DNA of 64,000 bases from an uncultured Nitrospinota bacterium (lineage in GTDB: Bacteria > Tectomicrobia > Entotheonellia > J063 > CAVPRW01). Positions 20,408 to 30,082 of this stretch are shown piece after piece. Location: assembly GCA_963707985.1 (NCBI GenBank), contig CAVPRW010000020.1, forward strand, positions 1 through 64,000, given 5' to 3'. Position 1 is the stretch's first letter. Each line of letters starts with the position of its first letter. Under the pieces are notes generated by a model. That model worked only from the letters and a program-made list of their open reading frames with translations, was not told the DNA's origin and searched no databases. The translations under genes were made by a program, and so were the position numbers.

Positions 20408-23203
20408 ATGGACTACAAAGACACTGTGAACCTGCCCAAGACGCCCTTTCCCATGAAAGCCAGTCTGGGAAAGCTCGAGCAAGAGCTGCTGCAACGCTGG
20501 GAGCAGGAACACATCTATCAGCAGCTACGGCAAAAGTATGCTGAGCGGCCGCCATACATCCTACATGATGGGCCGCCCTATGCGAATGGACATCTCCATT
20601 TAGGACACGCCCTCAATAAGATCCTCAAAGACTTTGTCGTGCGCGTCAAAAGCATGGAAGGTTACAACGCCGTCTACGTGCCTGGCTGGGATTGCCATGG
20701 CCTGCCGATCGAGCACCAGGTCGATCTGGAACTCGGCGACAGGAAAGCTGGCATGAGTAAAGCCGATATTCGCCGACGCTGTCGCGCTTTTGCCGAGCGC
20801 TTTATCGAGATCCAACGGGAAGAGTTCAAACGGATGGGCGGCGTTGCGGACTGGGAACACCCCTATCAGACCATGAGTTATGCCTACGAGGCTACGATCG
20901 TCCGCGAGCTCGGCCGTTTTTTCGGGAGCGGCGGAGTCTACAAGGGCGTAAAGCCAGTACACTGGTGCATCTCTGATCAGACGGCGCTGGCCGAAGCCGA
21001 GGTGGAATACGAGGACCGCACTGACGAGTCGATCTGGGTAAAGTTCCCACTCACCCCAGAGTCGCAGGCCAGGTTGCCGTTTCTGCAGGGCAAACAAGCC
21101 GCGGTGCTGATCTGGACCACCACTCCCTGGACCCTACCAGCAAACTTGGCTGTGGCGTTTCATCCATCCTACGAATACGTCTGGGCTGAGACCGACAGCG
21201 ACGTCTTTCTGCTGGCGAAGGAACTGGCCGAGCCTGTGCTACAAAAGCTTGGCGTCCCCAAGTATAACATCCTCCACACCATGCCGGGTGAGGAGCTAGA
21301 AGGGCTGAAGGCTCGCCACCCGTTCATCGAGCGCGATTCGGTATTCATCCTGGGTGAGCATGTCACCCTCGACCAGGGGACCGGGTGCGTCCATACGGCG
21401 CCAGGCCATGGTCAGGAAGACTATGAGATGGGTATCAAGTATCGCCTGGAGATCTACAACCCGGTGGGGGATGACGGCCGATTCCTGCCACAGACACCGC
21501 TAGTCGCGGGGATGAGCGTCTGGGAAGCCAACCCGAAGATCGTCGACAAGCTGCGCGCCGATGGATTTTTGCTCAAAGAGGAGCGCATCACCCACTCCTA
21601 TCCGCACTGTTGGCGTTGCAAAAATCCGGTGATCTTCCGCGGCACGGCGCAATGGTTCATTTCGATGCAGGCCAATGACCTGCGGCGACGCGCGCTCGAA
21701 GCGATCCGCCGCGTGCAATGGATTCCTCCCTGGGGCGAAGAGCGCATTTACAACATGGTGGAGAGCCGCCCCGACTGGTGTATCTCGCGTCAACGGGCGT
21801 GGGGTGTGCCGATCACGGTGTTCTATTGCCAAAGCTGCCAGGCCACACTGGCCCGCCAGGAACTAGCCGAACATGTGGCCGCCCTGGTCGAGCACGAAGG
21901 TGCAGACGTCTGGTTCGAGCGTGACGCCGCCGACCTACTCCCCACTGGCTACCGTTGCCCCGAATGCGGTGGCGACCGCTTCACCAAAGAGACGGACATT
22001 TTGGATGTCTGGTTCGATTCCGGCGTCAGCCACGCCGCCGTGTTGGAACGATATCCCGACCTTACCTGGCCGGCCGACCTCTACCTGGAAGGGAGCGACC
22101 AGCATCGCGGCTGGTTCCATACCTCCCTGTTGACCGCTGTCGGCACCCGTGAGAAAGCTCCTTACAGGTCGGTCTTGACCCACGGCTTCACCGTCGATGC
22201 GCAGGGGCGCAAGATGTCTAAGTCGCTTGGCAACGTTGTGGCCCCCCAGGAGGTCATCGAGAAGCACGGTGCCGAGATCCTACGTCTGTGGGTAGCGTCG
22301 GAGAATTTCCGCGAAGACGTGCGCGGTCCTGATGCTGAGATCACCGGCCATCTGGTCGAGGTGTATCGCCGCATCCGCAACACTTGCCGGTTCTTACTGG
22401 GTAACCTGGCGGATTTCGACTCCACGGCGGACCGTTTGCCCTACGCGGAGTTGCAGGAGCTGGACCGCCTGATGCTGCACCGGCTGCAGAAGACCATTGA
22501 GCGCGTGCGACGGGCCTATCACGACCACGAGTACCACCTTGTGTTCCATACGCTGCATAACTTCTGCGTCGTCGATCTGAGCTCATTTTATCTCGACGTG
22601 CTGAAGGATACACTGTATACGGCGAGGACCGATGCACCGGAGCGTCGCAGTGCGCAGACCGTATTGCACGAAACTCTGCTGGCGCTGGTCAAGTTGATGG
22701 CACCCATCCTGGCATTCACCGCGGAGGAAATCTGGGGCTATCTGCCGGCCGCTGGTCGGGAGGAGTCGAGCGTCCATCTGAGCGAATTTCCTGAGGTTAA
22801 TACGGCATACATCGACGAGGAACTGGCCGCTCGCTGGGACCAGCTGTTGGAGGTGCGCGGTGAGATCCTGAAAGCGTTAGAGCAGGCGCGCAATCAAAAA
22901 CTCATTGGTACCTCGCTCGAAGCGGCAGTCGATGTGTACGTGCCTGATGGCGAACGGCGTGACCTTCTTGACGCCTATGCCAAGCCCCTTGCCAGCATCG
23001 GCATCATCTCGTCGTTTGCCCTGCATTCGTCCGATGCGGTGCCAGCCGAGTCGATGGCCAGCGACGTGATGCCGGAGTTAAAGGTACGGGTTCGACACGC
23101 CTCCGGCTCGAAATGCGTGCGGTGTTGGCATTGGCAGGAGGATGTCGGGCAACATCCCGAGCATCCCCTCCTATGTGGTCGTTGTGTGGCCCGGCTCGCC
23201 TAG
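20408..23203 (+). CDS. ileS: Isoleucyl-tRNA synthetase (type 1)
   Basis: HDGPPYANG.LHLGH, WTTTPWT, WCISRQR.WG, EGSDQHRGWF, KMSKS, C-terminal zinc finger. Confidence 0.98.
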   Translation: MDYKDTVNLPKTPFPMKASLGKLEQELLQRWEQEHIYQQLRQKYAERPPYILHDGPPYANGHLHLGHALNKILKDFVVRVKSMEGYNAVYVPGWDCHGLPIEHQVDLELGDRKAGMSKADIRRRCRAFAERFIEIQREEFKRMGGVADWEHPYQTMSYAYEATIVRELGRFFGSGGVYKGVKPVHWCISDQTALAEAEVEYEDRTDESIWVKFPLTPESQARLPFLQGKQAAVLIWTTTPWTLPANLAVAFHPSYEYVWAETDSDVFLLAKELAEPVLQKLGVPKYNILHTMPGEELEGLKARHPFIERDSVFILGEHVTLDQGTGCVHTAPGHGQEDYEMGIKYRLEIYNPVGDDGRFLPQTPLVAGMSVWEANPKIVDKLRADGFLLKEERITHSYPHCWRCKNPVIFRGTAQWFISMQANDLRRRALEAIRRVQWIPPWGEERIYNMVESRPDWCISRQRAWGVPITVFYCQSCQATLARQELAEHVAALVEHEGADVWFERDAADLLPTGYRCPECGGDRFTKETDILDVWFDSGVSHAAVLERYPDLTWPADLYLEGSDQHRGWFHTSLLTAVGTREKAPYRSVLTHGFTVDAQGRKMSKSLGNVVAPQEVIEKHGAEILRLWVASENFREDVRGPDAEITGHLVEVYRRIRNTCRFLLGNLADFDSTADRLPYAELQELDRLMLHRLQKTIERVRRAYHDHEYHLVFHTLHNFCVVDLSSFYLDVLKDTLYTARTDAPERRSAQTVLHETLLALVKLMAPILAFTAEEIWGYLPAAGREESSVHLSEFPEVNTAYIDEELAARWDQLLEVRGEILKALEQARNQKLIGTSLEAAVDVYVPDGERRDLLDAYAKPLASIGIISSFALHSSDAVPAESMASDVMPELKVRVRHASGSKCVRCWHWQEDVGQHPEHPLLCGRCVARLA

Positions 23204-23233
23204 CTTCGTTAGCTCTATGGTACGCGGCGATGT

Positions 23234-23266
23234 CCCTCGCCCCAAGCCTCTTGCGTTGGGAGAGGG
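23234..23266. repeat. REP-like palindromic element (CCCTC..CCTCT..GGGAGAGGG type)
   Basis: Similar to the intergenic element at 32341. Confidence 0.4.
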
Positions 23267-23284
23267 AGGTACAGGAGAGAAACG

Positions 23285-24070
23285 ATGTCCGAACCCCCGA
23301 TACTCCTCCGGTGCGAACCCCCGGTGGCGACGGTGATATTCAATCGTCCTGAGGCTCGCAACGCCCTCAACGAGGCGATGCAACTCGCCCTGCCTCCGAT
23401 GCTCGTGCAATTGCGCCAGGATGCCGACATACGCGTGCTGATCCTCAGGGGGGCAGGGGGAAAAGCGTTCGCGGCTGGCGATGATATCACCCAGTTCGTC
23501 GACTGGGGAGCCGAGGAGGCGCTGGCCCATTATCACCATCTGGAGGCCTTCATCAGTGCCATCGAAGCCTTTCCCAAGCCGACAATTGCGCTGATCCAGG
23601 GCTTTGCGGTGGGCGCTGGCCTCGAGGTGGCAGCGGCTTGCGATTTGCGCTACGCTTCGGCGGACTCCCGCTTCGGCATCCCGATCGCCCGTCTGGGACA
23701 TACCGTCGATCTACGCAACGCGCTGCGGCTCATTCGGTTGGTGGGCCCCTCACGAGTGAAAGAGATGCTCTTCACCGCCGAGCTCATCGGCGCCGAGGAA
23801 GCGCTACAGATCGGCCTCATCAATCGCGTCCTGACGCCTGACCACCTGGAACGCTATACCTACGATATGGCCCGCAAAATGGCGACCTATGCACCCTTGT
23901 CACTCATGCAGTCCAAGGCCAGTGTGCAGCTCTGCCTCGACAATCCGGAGCTGCGCGGTATTGTCGAGCCGGCGGCGCTCGCCGCGGCCTTGTACGCGAC
24001 CGAAGATTTCCACGCCGGCGTCCAGGCGTTTCTCAGCAAGCAACCGTTGCCGCTGTTCCACGGACGATAG
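23285..24070 (+). CDS. Enoyl-CoA hydratase/isomerase
   Basis: NRPEARNAL, AFAAGDDI, KPTIA.IQG.AVGAGLE. Confidence 0.93.
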   Translation: MSEPPILLRCEPPVATVIFNRPEARNALNEAMQLALPPMLVQLRQDADIRVLILRGAGGKAFAAGDDITQFVDWGAEEALAHYHHLEAFISAIEAFPKPTIALIQGFAVGAGLEVAAACDLRYASADSRFGIPIARLGHTVDLRNALRLIRLVGPSRVKEMLFTAELIGAEEALQIGLINRVLTPDHLERYTYDMARKMATYAPLSLMQSKASVQLCLDNPELRGIVEPAALAAALYATEDFHAGVQAFLSKQPLPLFHGR

Positions 24071-24091
24071 CTGCCCGAGAGGAGTACACGG

Positions 24092-24883
24092 ATGCCCTAC
24101 GACACGTTACTCTACGAGAAAAAGGCCCGGATTGGCTATGTGACGCTGAACCGCCCTCGTGTTCTGAATGCACAGAGCCCTGAGATGTTCGAGGAGTTGA
24201 GCCAGGTGTTCAGCGATATCAAGCGTGACCCTGAGATCGGGGTGGTCATTCTCACCGGGTCGGGCGACCGCGCTTTTTGCGCTGGAGCAGACATCAATTT
24301 CTTAAAACAGTTGGCACAGACGACGCCGATAGCCGCCAAGGTCTTCGTGGAGAAAAATCGTTTGGCCTTCGGGGCCATTGCTCATTTGGGGAAGCCGGTC
24401 ATCGCGGCGGTGAATGGCTTTGCGCTGGGTGGTGGTTGTGAGCTAGCGATGGCCTGCCACATCCGTCTGGCCGCGGAAAACGCCCGTTTCGGTCAGCCAG
24501 AGATCAACCTCGGCCTCTTCCCCGGCGCCGGTGGTACGCAACGGCTGCCGCGTCTGGTCGGCACGGGTATCGCTCTCGAGATGATGCTCACCGGTGAGGC
24601 GATCTCGGCCCAGGAGGCCCATCGTGTCGGCCTGGTCAATAAAGTGGTGCCAGCGGCCGAGCTCATGGCGACGGCTGAGACGCTGGCCCAGCAGATTCTC
24701 GCGAAAGCTCCGCTTGCCGTGGGGGTGATTCTGGAAGCCGTACAACATGGCATGGAGATGACCTTGGCCGAGGGTTTGCAACTCGAGGAAAATCTGTTTG
24801 GGGTCATCTGTGGCACCGAGGACATGCGGGAAGGGACGGCGGCCTTCCTCGATAAACGGACAGCGCAGTTCACCGGTACATAG
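24092..24883 (+). CDS. Enoyl-CoA hydratase (crotonase-like)
   Basis: AFCAGADI, ALGGGCEL, FGQPEINLG.FPGAGGTQRLPR. Confidence 0.95.
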   Translation: MPYDTLLYEKKARIGYVTLNRPRVLNAQSPEMFEELSQVFSDIKRDPEIGVVILTGSGDRAFCAGADINFLKQLAQTTPIAAKVFVEKNRLAFGAIAHLGKPVIAAVNGFALGGGCELAMACHIRLAAENARFGQPEINLGLFPGAGGTQRLPRLVGTGIALEMMLTGEAISAQEAHRVGLVNKVVPAAELMATAETLAQQILAKAPLAVGVILEAVQHGMEMTLAEGLQLEENLFGVICGTEDMREGTAAFLDKRTAQFTGT

Positions 24884-24912
24884 CGCTCTGCCACTGGGGC
24901 GGAAAGGGTCGG

Positions 24913-25605
24913 ATGCAGCTGCCTGAACAGATCGACACGACCGACATTCGCGCCACTGATGGGCTTTACACCGTGCTGGTCAATGATGAGCCGCTGTTCA
25001 CCCCCAAGGGGCACGCGGTGCAGGTATCGTCGTGGGACTTGGCCAATGCCATGGCCGATGAGCTCATGGCCGAAGGCGCAGTGAATCTGCAGCGTCTGAC
25101 GCTGTATGCGTTGTATGCCACGCAGCGCGATTTCATCGCGGACCGCCTCGACGCCACCATTGGCGCCATTCTCCAGCACCTGCCGGGAGACTTCGAGCTC
25201 CATCCCGATCCTGATTCGGCATTGGCTGTCAAGCAGTTGGCGGCTTGGGCACCGCTGCTGGCGTTCTTACGTGACCTTGGTCCCGAGTTGCCGATGTCCA
25301 GGCCGTTACAGGACGTGCAGATACCCTGGGAATTGACGGACGGCTTGCGGACGCACCTCATGGCCATGAGTCCGGCGCAATTGACTGTGGTATTGCAAGC
25401 GGTGACGAATCTCGGCTCGGCGGCCCTGGGTGTCCTATTGGCCGAGCAAGGCTTAGAGGTGGAGGAAGCGGTTGCAGCCCTCACGGTAACCGCCCAGCAT
25501 CTGGCGAAATCCGCACGTGAGGACGTCGACCAAGCCGAAATGTTCACGGCTGAGATGAGTCAAACCGTTCGGCGTTTGTTGCAGTATGTTCGACTCAGTG
25601 CATAG
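24913..25605 (+). CDS. ATP12/ATPAF2-like chaperone
   Basis: Y.VLV...PL.TPKG..V.V....LANAMA.E, L..KQ..AW.PLL, ..S..LG.LL. Confidence 0.6.
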   Translation: MQLPEQIDTTDIRATDGLYTVLVNDEPLFTPKGHAVQVSSWDLANAMADELMAEGAVNLQRLTLYALYATQRDFIADRLDATIGAILQHLPGDFELHPDPDSALAVKQLAAWAPLLAFLRDLGPELPMSRPLQDVQIPWELTDGLRTHLMAMSPAQLTVVLQAVTNLGSAALGVLLAEQGLEVEEAVAALTVTAQHLAKSAREDVDQAEMFTAEMSQTVRRLLQYVRLSA

Positions 25606-25700
25606 AAATAGAATTATAGCTGCCAACCAAAATACATTTCCGGCAGGATGAGCCTAACACATCCGAAAAGAAGGTAGAAAATCGTTGGGGATGCCGAACT

Positions 25701-26477
25701 CTACAAGACTCTTCCAGATGGAATCTCATAAAATGTGCCGCTGGGGGTATCTCCTGCGACCACATCATGAAGTATGGTGCGATTAAGGCAGGACGCGATA
25801 CGATTGGCTTGCACGAGATCCTCGGGCGAACGCACGTGGCTGATGTAGATGACACGCCGCGCACCGGAGGGGATTTTCGCCGCATAGGTATCCGGATGAG
25901 TCAGCACCCTCCCTACCGCCTGTGGGGTGATAGCGTCGCCCAGGTGCAAACCGGTCAGCTCGGCTACGCGCTCTGGTCGATGCACCAGCCCTTCGGTCAA
26001 CGGCTGCCCAAGAATCTCGCAATTCACCACCGTGATACTGAGCTGCGACCAGGGTGGGATCACCGGCTCCGATTGATTCGGTGCCTTAAACCAACGCTTG
26101 CGGGCGCCATCGGTCTTGAGGATGACGATCGCATCGGGGATTTGCTCCTGGATCACATGCACAGCGGCGACATCGATACCCCTGACCATAGCGTCGCCAA
26201 TGTCGTGATGCAGGACGAGCAGGCGATTCCAGCGTTGGGCCAATAGTCCCAGTTGGTCCGGCCAATCGGGGGCATTGCGTATCAGCAAGATTTGCTCCGA
26301 CTGCAGGGCTTTGGGTCGATGGTAATTGGTGGTAGCGCTCAGCACGACCGTTCGACCGAGCACGATCAGCTCGTCCGCCAGCCGATTCATGAGGGTTGAT
26401 TTCCCACCGGCCCCCATGATGCTGACACACTGCGGTGGCCTGATGTTTAGGAAGGTCGACAGCTGTTGCATCGGCAC
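25701..26477 (-). CDS. yqeC: YqeC selenium-dependent hydroxylase accessory protein
   Basis: GAGGKST, LSATT, DGARKR.FKAP..EPVIP, VHRPE. Confidence 0.85.
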   Translation of the reverse strand: MPMQQLSTFLNIRPPQCVSIMGAGGKSTLMNRLADELIVLGRTVVLSATTNYHRPKALQSEQILLIRNAPDWPDQLGLLAQRWNRLLVLHHDIGDAMVRGIDVAAVHVIQEQIPDAIVILKTDGARKRWFKAPNQSEPVIPPWSQLSITVVNCEILGQPLTEGLVHRPERVAELTGLHLGDAITPQAVGRVLTHPDTYAAKIPSGARRVIYISHVRSPEDLVQANRIASCLNRTILHDVVAGDTPSGTFYEIPSGRVL

Positions 26478-26487
26478 TGGGCTCTGA

Positions 26488-27384
26488 TCAGGGCTTTTCG
26501 AGCTCGTCGATGTCTCCCATCAAGCGAGCGATCTCAGCCTCGATTTGTGCCAGGAAGGTTCCATACGGTGTCTCCTGATACCTGAGGAGTGGCTGTGACG
26601 CCTCGGTATCATACCAATCGACCCACCCCGGCGAGGTGCGGTAGGTAGCCTCCTCAGGAGATACCCCCAGGAGATCATACAGCCGTTCCACATATTCGCG
26701 ACCGGTCATTTGCCAGGTGGAGCCCCCAGCGATATTGAAAGTTTGGCCGTGTACGGTAGACGCAGTCGTGGCGTGCTGGATGGCGGTGACCACATCATCG
26801 CGATGCACCAACTCGACGCGCTGGTCGGGCAGAAACGGCCATACGGCAGGCGGTTCATGGAAGGCGGGAACAGCGATACCGGCGAGGCGCAAAATAACCC
26901 AGCTTGCCCGGGAGTCACGCAGGATCTGTTCTCCGACGATTTTACTCTCGGCATAGACGTCGATGGCACGCTGGACATGGCTCACGCCCACAGGCGGTGG
27001 TTCCTGGGTCGTGTCGCCGTAGGTACTGACCGAGGAGCTAAACACCAGCATTGCCTGTGGGGCAAGACTTTCGAGGGCACGGACGATCTGGGCCGTCCCC
27101 TCCACGTTGACGGCGAAGGTTCTGGCCCGATCGCGCTCGCTTGCCGGTGGGAGGATCGCCGCTAGATGGATCACCGCCTCAACCCCGTCGACAGCTCGCC
27201 GTACGGCATCGCCGTCGGTGATATCCCCCTTGACGACCTCGATGCCGTCCTCGCCTTCGAGTCCAGCGTAATTCATCGTGGGGAGATCAAACACGCGAAC
27301 CGAGCGCCCATCGTGTCGCAACCGTGACACAAGGATGCGACCCACACTGCCGGCACCGCCTGTGATGAGCACTGGGCCGCTCAT
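26488..27384 (-). CDS. NAD-dependent epimerase/dehydratase (extended SDR)
   Basis: TGGAGSVG, HLAA, NVEGT, SSS..YG, YAESK. Confidence 0.92.
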   Translation of the reverse strand: MSGPVLITGGAGSVGRILVSRLRHDGRSVRVFDLPTMNYAGLEGEDGIEVVKGDITDGDAVRRAVDGVEAVIHLAAILPPASERDRARTFAVNVEGTAQIVRALESLAPQAMLVFSSSVSTYGDTTQEPPPVGVSHVQRAIDVYAESKIVGEQILRDSRASWVILRLAGIAVPAFHEPPAVWPFLPDQRVELVHRDDVVTAIQHATTASTVHGQTFNIAGGSTWQMTGREYVERLYDLLGVSPEEATYRTSPGWVDWYDTEASQPLLRYQETPYGTFLAQIEAEIARLMGDIDELEKP

Positions 27385-27723
27385 GTAATCGTCGTCCCCT
27401 CCATCTTCGCCTTTTCGACCAGGTTCTTGACTTCACTCTGGAACTTTGTGAGGGCCGCGCCGAACCCTGTCCAATCCCCCTTGCCGACTAACTCCTCGAG
27501 CTGTGTTGCGCCCTTCTTGCAAGTAACCGTTGGAGGGATACTGGGGTTGGTCTTCATGAAGAACTTTTCTTTGATTTCAGCCATCGTTTCCATCATCTGC
27601 GCCAGCGAGGCTTGCATCGCTGTGGGATCGACGCCCCCGCCGGCAGCGTCGAGCGCGAGCAAGCACCCGCTGACACGCGGCCAGTGTGGCTTCCAGATTC
27701 TCTTGCGAGCGCGTTAATGCCAT
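27381..27723 (-). pseudogene. Helical hypothetical protein (~112 aa) split by a 4-bp tandem duplication
   Basis: GGGAGG RBS before ATG 27723; removing one AGCA copy (27658-27665) gives MALTRSQENLEATLAACQRVLALDAAG...; stop overlaps the epimerase start. Confidence 0.7.
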
Positions 27724-27938
27724 ACTATAGGCCTCCCTAAAAAATATAAACTGCGGACTGCGCGCTGGTGACCGACTAGTACATCTACCGGTGCTTGACC
27801 GGCTCCGACCCAGTCTCTAGTCGTATCGACCCTGTCTTAGGTGGTTGAGGCGCCATACATTATGCCTGCCGAACTCGGCACTCTCCGTAGCGCCTCTCCG
27901 AGATAATGATCGCGGGACTCACGGGGTGGACGTTGGCG

Positions 27939-29363
27939 CTAGTCCCCGCGCGCTGCCTCCTCGACCTGGCCCGTTTCCGCACCAGCACCATTGCCATGGC
28001 CATTGCCGTGGCCGTTGCCATGCCAGCGTTTGACGAATTCGGCGTCGACCTCGTCAGCACGGTCAAAGCCCCTGCCGTCATAGCGGTCATATGGAAACGG
28101 CATGAACTTCTTGAATTTCTCGCCGAAGCGGATACGAGTCGGCCGTTTATCAAAGTGGAAAACGTGATCGATGGCCCTCTGCGGCTCGACGTCGATCAGC
28201 TCATAGTCACGACTCCCCAGTCCAATGAGGGCGCCGGTGTTGATCTGCGCCTCTTCGCTCAGGCCATGGATCGTGGCCGAGACATCTTCGAACTTGTGGT
28301 CGCCGGGATGATGCATGTCATAGTCCTCAGCTGCCGAGCCGGGAATCCCATGCGCCTGGCGGGCCGTTTCCACACATGCCAGGTCAATGGCGACTGGATC
28401 ATAGCTGGCGAACACGCCCAGGTGCGGCACGATCGGCATATCGGCGAAGCTCACGCAATCGCAGCGTGGCGACACATCGATCGCCAGATTGATGAAGGCG
28501 ACCTTGCCGTTCACCGCCTTGACCGTTGCCAAGCAGGCATCAGCGATGGCGGCATCGGTGGCTTCAAAGTTGGATTTCGGGATCTCGAACAGGTTGCGGG
28601 GGACCATCACGCCGATGCACCCCAGGCAGCTCGTGCACTTGGCACGATCCCAGGTGATCGTACCGTCCTCAACCTTGAACAGCTCGTAGGGGCAGCAATC
28701 TTCGAGGATATTCCAGTCAGGAGTTTGAGCCTTGCCCCTGAAATTCTCTGGATGCCAGAGGGCCGAGTTTGCCACACTATACTTGGGATGTCCGCCAAGA
28801 TGGACGTTATGCTTGCCGCGCTTCGACTGGGCCCCGATACCCAGGTTCTTAATGGAGCCACCGATGACCCCCAGAGGATGACCTTTGAAATGCGTCAGGG
28901 TGATCAGGACGTCGGCTGCAGCGATGGCCTGCGCCACATACGCCTCTTTCAAGATATAGCCTTCGGGGAGGTCGACGCGATAGTCGCTGGTGCCAATGAA
29001 CCCATCGGCAACGATGAAGGGACATCCCAGCGCTGCCGATGTGAAGCCATTGCGCTCGGCCGTCATCAGGAGGTCTAGCTCTGTGGCGCGCGAGGCGTGC
29101 GGTGAATAGGTCAAGGTGGTGGTATCACACACGAACGGGCGTCCCCCCAACTCCTTCACTTTATCAGCCAGGGCGCGTGGATAGACCGGTCGCAGATAAG
29201 CGGTGTTGTTGTACTCGCCACAGTGAATCTTGATCGCGACGATGTCCCCCGGTTTGATGAGTTGCTCAAAGCCGGCAGCATCGAATACCGTGAGCATCTT
29301 GGCCACCAGGCCCGTCTGCGGCGATTCCGAGCGCGCGTTCATATACCATACTTTCGACCCCAT
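27939..29363 (-). CDS. DUF362-family Fe-S protein with inserted ferredoxin-like domain
   Basis: VAIKIH.GE, PFVCDT.TL, THFKGH..GG.IKNLG.G, CTSCLGC..C-like motif, SPRCDC, ASYDPVAID. Confidence 0.88.
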   Translation of the reverse strand: MGSKVWYMNARSESPQTGLVAKMLTVFDAAGFEQLIKPGDIVAIKIHCGEYNNTAYLRPVYPRALADKVKELGGRPFVCDTTTLTYSPHASRATELDLLMTAERNGFTSAALGCPFIVADGFIGTSDYRVDLPEGYILKEAYVAQAIAAADVLITLTHFKGHPLGVIGGSIKNLGIGAQSKRGKHNVHLGGHPKYSVANSALWHPENFRGKAQTPDWNILEDCCPYELFKVEDGTITWDRAKCTSCLGCIGVMVPRNLFEIPKSNFEATDAAIADACLATVKAVNGKVAFINLAIDVSPRCDCVSFADMPIVPHLGVFASYDPVAIDLACVETARQAHGIPGSAAEDYDMHHPGDHKFEDVSATIHGLSEEAQINTGALIGLGSRDYELIDVEPQRAIDHVFHFDKRPTRIRFGEKFKKFMPFPYDRYDGRGFDRADEVDAEFVKRWHGNGHGNGHGNGAGAETGQVEEAARGD

Positions 29364-29515
29364 AACAGTCCCCCATTGTGTTCCAAGGCTCTTGTGTCGT
29401 GATGCCGCAGGCCCGGAGCCACTGCTTGCTGTTTCGCCTTCCAGGGCATAACGTCAGATGTATGCTGCCAGGATTGACCGCCATGCTATCGGAAAATGCC
29501 AAGGATGTCAAACCT

Positions 29516-29924
29516 TCAGCGCACGGGCGTGGGGGTCGCTTCGTACACCATTTGCCCCCCCACGATGGTGGCGCGGATGGCAAGATCTCGGATCCGATCT
29601 TCGGGAAGCGTCAGCAAATCATCTTCCAGGACAACGAGATCGGCCCATTTCCCGGCTTCAATCGAGCCTTTTTTCTCCTCTTCGAAGGTCTCGCAGGCCC
29701 TCGCGGTCCATATGCGCATGCGCATCGATCAGGCCAGGGATCACGCAGGCGCCACGCAGCTCGATCAGGCGCGTCTCCGGGCCGATGAAAGGCTGCATCT
29801 CCGCCGAGTCGCCCACATGCAGGATAGTGTCGCCGTCGATGGCCACGGCCTCAGCGATGGTGCCGTGCCGATCCACGGTGATGACCTTGCCATGACGTAG
29901 AACCAGCGTTGCGGCTGCAGGCAT
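29516..29924 (-). pseudogene. Amidohydrolase-3 (YtcJ-like); N- and C-termini joined out of frame, core deleted
   Basis: VIPGLIDAHAH N-terminus abuts FEEEKKGSIEAGKWADLVVL..TIVGGQMVY near 29690. Confidence 0.88.
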
Positions 29925-30010
29925 GCCGATCTCCCCCTTGAGTCTCTATGACGGTCTTTGAGTAGTCGTATCTCGTGACCGCTGGCATATTCTATGGCAA
30001 GCGAAGCGGT

Positions 30011-30039
30011 TGACAGTGTAGCATGTTGAGCGTAGCATC
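30011..30039 (+). promoter_or_regulatory. Sigma-70 promoter candidate
   Basis: TTGACA-N17-TAGCAT upstream of the BtpA gene. Confidence 0.5.
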
Positions 30040-30082
30040 CACACCATGCTGTACTTCTCCACGGTCTGAAGAAGGAGTTGTG

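Noticed and set aside
27906..29078. 390-aa plus-strand ORF and similar long overlapping ORFs (e.g. 47865-48584, 56446-57099, 2100-2741)
   Set aside because: Antisense shadows of real genes in GC-rich DNA, with no motifs of their own.
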